From NCBI GenBank assembly GCA_002269645.1, contig NIVC01000433.1:131418-195417 (forward strand): 64,000 nt of DNA. Direction: 5' to 3'. The stretch is from Macrostomum lignano. Lineage: Eukaryota. This document shows positions 55,375 to 64,000 of the stretch, piece by piece. Within the stretch, counting starts at the first letter, position 1; each line of letters begins with the position of its first letter. Made by a program: the position numbers and the translations under genes. Below the pieces are notes generated by a model. The model was not told the origin of the DNA. It made no database searches and saw nothing but the letters and a program-made list of their open reading frames with translations.

Positions 55375-56820
55375 TTAGTTTTTAAATGAGGCTTCTATGA
55401 TTTTTTACATGACGCTTCTATGATTGTTTACATGACGCTTCTATGATTTTTACATGACGCTTCTACGATTTTTTACATGACGCTTCTACGATTTTTTACA
55501 TGACGCTTCTATGATTTTTTACATGACGCTTCTATGATTTTTTAAATTACGCTTCTATGATTTTTACATGACGCTTCTATGATTTTTTACATGACGCTTC
55601 TATGATTGTTTACATGACGCTTCTATGATTGTTTACATGACGCTTCTATGATTGTTTACATGACGCTTCTATGATTTTTTACATGAGGCTTCTATGATTT
55701 TTTACATGACGCTTCCATGATTTTTTACATGACGCTTCTATGATTGTTTACATGACGTTTGTATGATTGTTTACATGACGCTTCTATGATTTTTTTAAAT
55801 AACGCTTCTATGATTTTTTTAAATAACGCTTCTATGATTTTCAAATGACGCTTCTATGATTTTTTACATGACGCTTCTATGATTGTTTACATGACGCTTC
55901 TATGATTGTTTACATGACGCTTCTATGATTGTTTACATGACGCTTCTATGATTGTTTACATGACGCTTCTATGATTGTTTACATGACGCTTCTATGATTT
56001 TAAAAAAAAAACGCTTCTATGATTTTTAAATGACGCTTGTACGATTTTTTACATGAGGCTTCTATGATTTTTTACATGACGCTTCTATGATTGTTTACAT
56101 GGCGCTTCTATGATTTTTAAAAAAAACGCTTTTATGATTGTTTACATGACGCTTCTATGATTGTTTACATGACGCTTCTATGATTGTTTACATGACGCTT
56201 CTACGATTTTTTACATGACGCTTCTACGATTTTTTACATGACGCTTCTATGATTTTTTACATGACGCTTCTATGATTTTTTACATGACGCTTCTATGATT
56301 GTTTACATGACGCTTCTATGATTGTTTACATGACGCTTCTATGATTGTTTACATGACGCTTCTATGATTTTTTACATGAGGCTTCTATGATTTTTTACAT
56401 GACGCTTCTATGATTGTTTACATGGCGCTTCTATGATTTTTTGAAAAAACGCTTCTATGATTGTTTACATGACGCTTCTATGATTGTTTACATGACGCTT
56501 CTATGATTTTTATATGACGCTTCTATGATTTTTATATGACGCTTCTATGATTGTTTACATGACGCTTCTATGATATTTTATATGCCCCTTTATTATTTTT
56601 ATATGACGCTTTTATGATTTTTTAAATGACGCTTCTATGATTTTTTACATGACGCTTCCATGATTGTTTACATGACGCTTCTATGATTGTTTATATGACG
56701 CTTCTATGATTTTTTACATGACGCTTCTATGATTTTTTACATGACGCTTCTATGATTTTTTACATGACGCTTCTATGATTTTTTACATGACGCTTCTATG
56801 ATTTTTACATGACGCTTCTT
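55375..56820. repeat. 22-23 bp satellite (TTTTACATGACGCTTCTATGAT), about 63 copies
   Basis: Tandem array inside element A. Confidence 0.97.
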
Positions 56821-57959
56821 TTTAAAAAGTCTTTTAGTTTTCCTGACGATGAAAAGCTTTAATTAAAAAAATTAAATTAAATACTCTATGAAAATTCGAA
56901 CCATCGTCTCTGCATTTAGCAGTTCAGTTTGTTCACCTCTAGGCTAGCTCTCATAGTTTTGATAACATCAAATTTTGCACTTATATAATTCAACACTTGA
57001 AAATCCAAGCATAGAGTAAATCACACGAAGCAGTTATGACATAATCAGTTTCTCAGTCAGTCAGTATCAGTTAACAATATGGTTACGCAATTTAAATCAA
57101 GTCTGGTGCTACGCTTCCACTCTGCATTTTCAATTCAAGTCAGAGTTACAATTCAGTTATGATGCAATCTATTTCAGAATCAGAACCAACCAGTCAGTTT
57201 TTTCTCTAGCATTCTTACAATGCATTTCAAGTCGAAAAGTTTGCTTGACCTTTGCAAAAAAGCATGTTTTTCGAATATTTAATGCCTTTAGCATCGAGCA
57301 ATTTCTTAGCCAAGATACATGTACTGTCACGGAAAAATTTCTGATCGAATGGTGCAAGTTTGAACAAAATAGGATGAGCCATTTTTGCTAAAATCGATTG
57401 CGCACAAACAAGATTTTCATTTTTAGTATATAGGACTAGCCATTTAGCCCCCCTCTGGGGAGCCTTGAAAATGACACCAATTGGTTTTTATTTTGGCACA
57501 ACAGCAACCTTACTATAATTATCCAAAATGTTGATTTCCATTAATCAAAAATTACCTTTTCTGACGTTTGAAAAAATAAGTTGCCATGAATCAGAACTTT
57601 CATTAGCCAAAAAGTTTCCTTCATCAGCCCAAAACCCTTTCTAAATCAGCAAATAGTGCTTATCCGTTCAAGCACAAACTCTTAGTGAATATCGTCACTG
57701 GCCGGGGCATACTCTGATCCGCAGCAGGAGCTCAAAATGCAAATCCCTGACGGCCTTAGACCCTCTCTGTTTATTAGCCTAAATCAAAGAATCAAACATT
57801 TAATAAATGCGCTGGTATTTCCTATTAGCAGAAATCAGCATCACTTGTGTGTACTTTTTCATTATCTGAATTACATGAGCTACTTGAGCCGTACTACCTG
57901 ACTATCTGACAATCGCCCAATAACCTAGTAACCCCCCCCCCAAAATTCAGCCATCGTCC

Positions 57960-58400
57960 ATGAGCCTTGACATATCAGCAATTCCCAGTAAGCCTTGGCA
58001 TATCAGCAATTCCCAGTAAGCCTTGGCATATCAGCAATTCCCCCAGTAAGCCTTGAGATCTCAGCAATTGCCCCAGTAAGCCTTGACATCTTACCAATTC
58101 CCCCAGTAAGCCTTGACATATCAGCAATTCCCCCAGTAAGCCTTGAAATCTCAGCTTTCCCCCAGTAAGCATTGAAATCCTAGCAATTCCCAGTAAGACT
58201 TGACATCTCAGCATTTCCCCAGTAAGCCTTGACATATCAGCAAAATTCCCATAGTAAGCCTTGAGATCTCAGAAATTCCCCCCATAAGCTCTGAGATCTC
58301 AGCAATTGCCCCCGGTAAGCCTTGACATCTCAGCAGTTATCCCATTAAGCCTCGACATCACAGCAATTAAACTCGAGCCTTGACATCACGCAATTCTTCC
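57960..58400. repeat. About 29-bp repeat (AGCCTTGACATATCAGCAATTCCCCCAGTA), degenerate copies out to about 59100; related copies at 54430-55050
   Basis: Shared AGCCTTGACAT core near the 3' ends of both Helitron-like elements. Confidence 0.88.
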
Positions 58401-59269
58401 AGCGCAATAAGCCTTGACATACCAACAACCCAACTCCCTTTTCCCAAGAATTCAGCAATACCCTTATAAGCCTTGATAACTCAGCGATTTCTTTATGAGC
58501 TTTGTCAACAGAGTGATTCCACAATGAACTTTGATTATATCTAAGCAAGTCTTTAATTAATGGTCACCCTAACCCATAAGTGAGTCTTGGCGTGTTGGCA
58601 ATTTCCACCATAAGCCTTGAGCCTCAGCATTAAAGTAACTTCCTCATAAATAAGCTTTGTAATCTGAATTTCACCGAAAGCCTTGACCTGTCAGCAATTC
58701 CCCGTAGTAGAGCCAAAGCATTTAAGTTTTCCCCCCAAGAGCATTTAATCTTAGCAACTCCTCGATGGATCATTAATGATTGTCACGACGATCGCTCTAT
58801 AATTGAACCAAAACCATAACCCTTGTAGTAGAATTTCAGCAATTCCCCAATGAGCTTTGGAAATGTTAGCAATTTCCCCATTAGCCTGAAAATTGAGTGA
58901 CCAACCTTTTGATATCTTGGCACTTGCATTTCAACAATTAATTTCAGCAATTTCACAAATGAAACTTGAAATCAAAGCAATTCTCCCCAGAATGACATAA
59001 TTATAGCAATTCCCCTGAGCCTTGAGATCTTATAAATTCTACCGTGAGTCTTGATATCACAGCAATTTCCCATACCAGCATTATGCTCGTAGCAATAGTC
59101 TTAGCAGTCTTAACAGTCTAAGCAATTCTCGATGAAACTTTTACGTTCGACAGGGCGCTTCATTTATGATTGATATGATGATTCTTGTTCGCTTTTTCTT
59201 GCGTTGCGTTTTCTTCTCTTTAAAAGTTTTTAGTAAAAAAATTACAATATTTTACCATAGCTTTCTGCA

Positions 59270-60200
59270 GTTTTTGCAATGGTTCACCAGCATTTCAGCA
59301 ATGGTTCACCAGCATTTCAGCAATTCTTCACCAGCATTTCAGCAATGCTTTACCAGCATTTCAACAATGGTTCACCAGCAGTTTAGCAATGCTTCACCAG
59401 CAGTTTGCATTAGCTATTGTTCACCAGCATTTCAGCAATGGTTCACCAGCAGTTTAGCAATGGTTCAACAGCATTCAGCAATGGTTCACCAGCAGTTTAG
59501 CAATGGTTCACCAGCAGTTTAGCAATGGTTCACCAGCAGTTTAGCAATGGTTCAACAGCAGTTTAGCAATGGTTCACCAGCAGTTTAGCAATGGTTCAAC
59601 AGCATTCAGCAATGGTTCACCAGCAGTTTAGCAATGGTTCACCAGCAGTTTAGCAATGGTTCACCAGCAGTTTAGCAATGGTTCAACAGCATTCAGCAAT
59701 GGTTCACCAGCAGTTTAGCAATGGTTCACCAGCATTTTAGCAATGGTTCACCAGCAGTTTAGCAATGGTTCACCAGCAGTTTAGCAATGGTTCACCAGCA
59801 GTTTAGCAATGGTTCACCAGCAGTTTAGCAATGGTTCAACAGCATTCAGCAATGGTTCACCAGCAGTTTAGCAATGGTTCACCAGCATTTCAGCAATGGT
59901 TCACCAGCAGTTTAGCAATGGTTCAACAGCATTCAGCAATGGTTCACCAGCAGTTTAGCAATGGTTCACCAGCAGTTTAGCAATGGTTCACCAGCAGTTT
60001 AGCAATGGTTCAACAGCATTCAGCAATGGTTCACCAGCAGTTTAGCAATGGTTCACCAGCAGTTTAGCAATGGTTCACCAGCAGTTTAGCAATGGTTCAC
60101 CAGCAGTTTAGCAATGGTTCACCAGCAGTTTAGCAATGGTTCACCAGCAGTTTAACAATGGTTCACCAGCAGTTTAACAATGCTTCATCGGCAGTTTAGC
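59270..60200. repeat. 21/22-bp satellite (AGCAATGGTTCACCAGCAGTTT)
   Basis: About 42 copies inside element B. Confidence 0.96.
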
Positions 60201-62084
60201 TGTGGTTCACCACTGACCTGTGACAATCATTATCGTCACAGGTCACAAAGATAAATTCTTTGCTCCAATGCAGACTCGAACTGCCAACCTTCAGGACTTC
60301 TATGCCTGTTACTGCCTGCCTACTGCGGTTATTGAGCCTATTGACAGATGGTCGAAATAAATCATATGCTATTTAAGAAGATTAGCAGATTAGCTGTTTG
60401 AAGTTAACCCTCAGAAATTGGCAGTTATCACCACAACAACCTGAAATGATCCCTTCATCTAATCCCGCCAAACAGACTGCAGTTATCTCTTAGCAGCCTT
60501 CATTTATTCACTTTGCAGTCTATACAACTTTTATCAACATTTATAACCTCAGCATTAAAATTTGGGCTAGAATTGTCCCTCAGCAAGCAAAAATAATTCA
60601 CTCAGCAGACCGCAGTAATTCCTCCAACATTTTGCAATTAATCCTCAAAAGCTATTATCCACTCAAAACTCTGTAGATAGTTATTATCCTCAGAAGTCTG
60701 CCCCCCCCCCCAATCAGACCGCAGTTATCCACTCAGCAGTTTACAGCTTGTCCCCTCTGCAGACTGAAATGATCCTTTCGACAATCTGCAGTGATCCCCT
60801 CAGCAGTTCTCCTCAGTGTCCTCAGCAAACTTGCCCAGAATTGAACGGCTCACTAATCAATTTTCTATACATACGAGTATATCGGCATCGGAATCTTCTG
60901 CAGTTTAGCAATGATGGCTCACCAGCACTGTTTTGCACAATCAGTGAGCAGATGGCCACTAATCTCCATGCTTCTCAATAATTGAAACCATTTGAAATGT
61001 TTGCAACTTGCAGTTGAAATTCGATTTGCAATCTTCTTACATATTTATTACTTTATTATACGCGTCAGATTAGCACTGCTCTCCCCGATTAGCGCTGCTC
61101 ACCCAGATTAGCAATAGCCTTTGCAAATTAGCACTTAAAAACAGATTAGCACTGCTCTAGAAGCTTAACGTAGCCCCAGCGAAAGTATGTATAAATTTAA
61201 ATGTTAAAAAATTGCATGAATCTGCATGCATGGGAGACATTCGCTGCTTCAATGCAGACTCGAACTGCCGACCTTCTACCAAAAGCCTTATACGAGCGTA
61301 CTATTCAAGAAGTTTAGTAACTTCAGCAGTTTGAAGTTAACCCCCCCCCCCCTTCAGAAATCGGCAGTTATCCCCACAACCTGAAATTAGCTATTCCTTC
61401 TAATCCCGCAAACAGACTACAGTCATACTCTTAGCAGCCTGCAGTTATCCACTTTGCCGTCTACAACTTTCATTAACATCAGCAAACTACAATACTTCAC
61501 TCAGCAGTCCGCAGTTATCCACTCAACAACTTGCACTTAATTCTTCACAGTTTTTATCCACTTTAAACTCTGTAGATAGTTACCCCCTCAACAGTTTGCT
61601 GCTATGCACTCATAAGTGTGGAGGAACTACCTCAGCAGTTTGTTCCATTTTTCCCTTTGCAGTCTGCATGAATGATCCCTTTGACAATCTGCAGTTCCCC
61701 TCAGCATCTTCTGTTCTCTTTTCCAATAATCTTCCAATCTTCCAATAATCTAAAAATGTGCTCAGCATTTTACGGCTCACTAAACAATTTTCAGTACATA
61801 TCGGCATTCTTAAAAAGCTCAAAATTTAGCAATACCTTAAAAAGCAATTTTAATAGCATGGTCTGCAGTTTAATAGCAATTCCATACTTTCATGGTGCGA
61901 GGCAGTACTCGTTGATGGGATCAGTAATACAAGAAGCAGTTTTTTTAAATCAAATTTGATAAGTGGCTTGTGCCAAGTAGCAAAAATTATTTGCTAATTA
62001 ATAAAAAGTGTTGCAATTAAAATTAATAAAAATATGTTATATTTAGTCGAGTCACAAGCTACAAATGAATGAATTTACTTATTT

Positions 62085-62180
62085 TAATTATCCACCGGGG
62101 AGGCGGACTCGAACCTTGGACCTTACGCCTAGCCTAAACCTAGTCCTAGTGTCTCGGCACTGCAGACATATATGCTTCGG
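62085..62180 (-). mobile_element. tRNA-derived SINE-like head (B-box GGTTCGAGTCC); weaker copies near 60260-60345 and 61250-61280
   Basis: B-box and T-arm-like sequence present, but no complete cloverleaf. Confidence 0.35.
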
Positions 62181-63548
62181 CACTGCAGTCAAATACATAG
62201 CAGTGATAGGCTGCATGCTCAGTGTGCACAGTTTTGGTGCTGGCAGAGCCATTGCACAGTTAAGTAAATCTCTCAATTTCAATACTTTTAAAATGCACTG
62301 GCTGATTTCTCTCTCCCTCCAGAGTGCCTGCGCACACTGCCTCCTGCTGAAAAGCTCAGAGTCAGTTTATAGCGAGACTATGCAGTACGCAGTTGTGGCG
62401 CAATCATTTAGCATTGGAATTCAGCCAGTCAAGAATTCAACGCTGCTTGGCCTTCCATTAAAAGCATTTAGATAAACTTGTTTTTCGAATATTTAATACC
62501 TTTAGCATTGAAGCAGATTAAAGAAATTTTAGCTGTCCTCTTTCCAGATAATTACAAAACTTTTGGCGAAAACGCGATCAAAATTGGTCAAGAATTGCAG
62601 TCTGTAGAGCGTTACGAAAAACAGATCTTTGACGCTTAAAGAGCTCGCTGCTAGCCTCCAGAATAATTATATTTTTGACCCCTGGTATGGTTGCGCAATT
62701 TAAATAGAGTAATTATCTAGGCAGTGGGGCCCATGAGTTTTCTGATCAGTTCGCTCTGGCGCAATCATTAAAATTGGCTGTGAAGTTTTTCGCTGATAAA
62801 ATTTTGCATTGAAAAAGCCCATTTAAAACAGTTTTTCGAATATTTAATCCCTTTAGCATTGAAGCAGATTAAAGAAATTTTAACCATACAATCCCAGGCT
62901 GATTACAAATCTTTTGGCGAAAACGCGATGAAAATCGGTGAAGAATTGCTCTCTCTAGAGCGTTATGGACAAGCAAGCAAGCAAGCAAGCAAGCATACAA
63001 ATATTAGAGATTTAGTATATTTAGATTTTGACGAAAACGCGATCAAAATCGGTGAAGAATTGCTCACTCTAGAGCGTTATGGACATTCATTCAAACATAC
63101 AAACCTTAGAGATTTAGTATATTTAGATAGAAGAAGACTAGCTAATTAGAGCTGGCTGCCAGCATCCAGAATAATTTTTTTATTGCCCCCCTTTAAGTTG
63201 GGGCCAGTGAGTTTTCTTATCAGTTGGCTCTGGCGCAATCAATTAAAATTGGCAGTGAAGTTTCTCGCTGATAGAATTTTGCATTGAAAAAGGCTATTTA
63301 AAACAGTTTTCGAATATTTAATCCCTTTAGCATTGAAGCAGATACAAGAAATTTTAACCATACAATCCCAGGCTGATTAGAAATCTTTTGGCGAAAACGC
63401 GATCAAAATCGGTCGAGAATTGCGATCTCTAGAGCGTTATGGACAAGCATACAAACCTTAGAGATTTAGTATATTTAGATAGATAGATTATGGACATTCA
63501 TTCAAACATACAAACCTTAGAGATTTAGTATATTTAGATTAGAAGAAG

Positions 63549-64000
63549 CCATTTAGCCCCCCGCTGGGGAGCCCTAAAATGACACCAATTGGTTTTTATT
63601 TTGACACAAGAGTAACCTTACTATAATTATCCAAAATGTTGATTTCCATTAATAAAATATTACCTTTTCTCATTTTGGCAAAAATAAATTGCCATGAATC
63701 AGAACTTTCATCAGCCAAAAAAGTTTCCTTCATCAGCCCAAAACCCTTTCTCAATCAGCAAATAGTGCTGATCCTTTCAAGCACAAACTCTTAGTGCATA
63801 TCGTCGCTGGCCGGGGCATACTCTGATCCGCAGCAAATATGCAAATCACTGACGGCCTTAGACCCTCTCTTTTAATTAGCCTAAATCAAAGAATGAAACC
63901 TTTAATAAATGCGCTGGTATTTCCTATTAGCAGAAATCAGCATCACTTGTGTGTACTATTTCAATATCTGAACTACATGAGCTACTTCAGCCGTACTACC
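63549..64000 (-). mobile_element. 3' end of a further copy of the Helitron-like family (runs off the window)
   Basis: Near-identical to 57440-57900, including the GCCCCCC-GCT-GGGGAGC hairpin. The CTAG is lost at this junction. Confidence 0.7.

Larger units (their letters stand above)
54365..57435 (-). mobile_element. Non-autonomous Helitron-like element A (about 3.07 kb) carrying satellites
   Basis: Minus-strand 5' end TCCTATATACTAA at 57435. 3' end GCTCCCC-AAC-GGGGGGC hairpin, 8-nt spacer, CTAG, then host T at 54364. Confidence 0.7.
57436..63137 (-). mobile_element. Non-autonomous Helitron-like element B (about 5.7 kb), head-to-tail with A
   Basis: 3' hairpin GCTCCCC-AGA-GGGGGGC, then TAAATGG-CTAG at 57436-57463, directly followed by the TC of element A. 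Probable 5' end TCTTCTTCTATCTAAATATACTAAA at 63137 (less certain). Confidence 0.6.

Overview
This is eukaryotic (animal) genomic DNA, not prokaryotic. It has GC-rich exons with GT-AG introns, and roughly 30% of the window is tandem repeat. Exon style, the repeat-filled introns and the LINE type suggest a free-living flatworm such as Macrostomum, but that is inference only. Gene models were spliced by hand from splice-site motifs and phase continuity; no database search was run. Genes, left to right: an intronless biogenic-amine GPCR (+); a 3-exon CK1/VRK-like pseudokinase (-); a fibrinogen-related protein with a frameshift (-); a DEG/ENaC channel gene (+) split by a 2.2-kb LTR-like insertion with a 4-bp target-site duplication; a 7-exon MELK kinase (+); and a co-oriented minus-strand trio of a 13-exon neutral ceramidase, a Q-rich coiled-coil protein and an orphan ORF. 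The last 10 kb has no genes and consists of Helitron-like non-autonomous elements carrying satellites. Four observations stand out. (1) Head-to-tail Helitron-like units with hairpin-CTAG|TC junctions carry satellites and a telomeric repeat. (2) The minus-strand trio has operon-like spacing: AATAAA, then 70-160 nt, then an unpaired splice acceptor, then ATG. (3) The LTR-like insertion into the ENaC exon can be excised exactly to restore the reading frame. (4) Most large introns hold their own minisatellite, several built from splice-site-like motifs or UUCG hairpins. No rRNA, full tRNA or CRISPR array was found.
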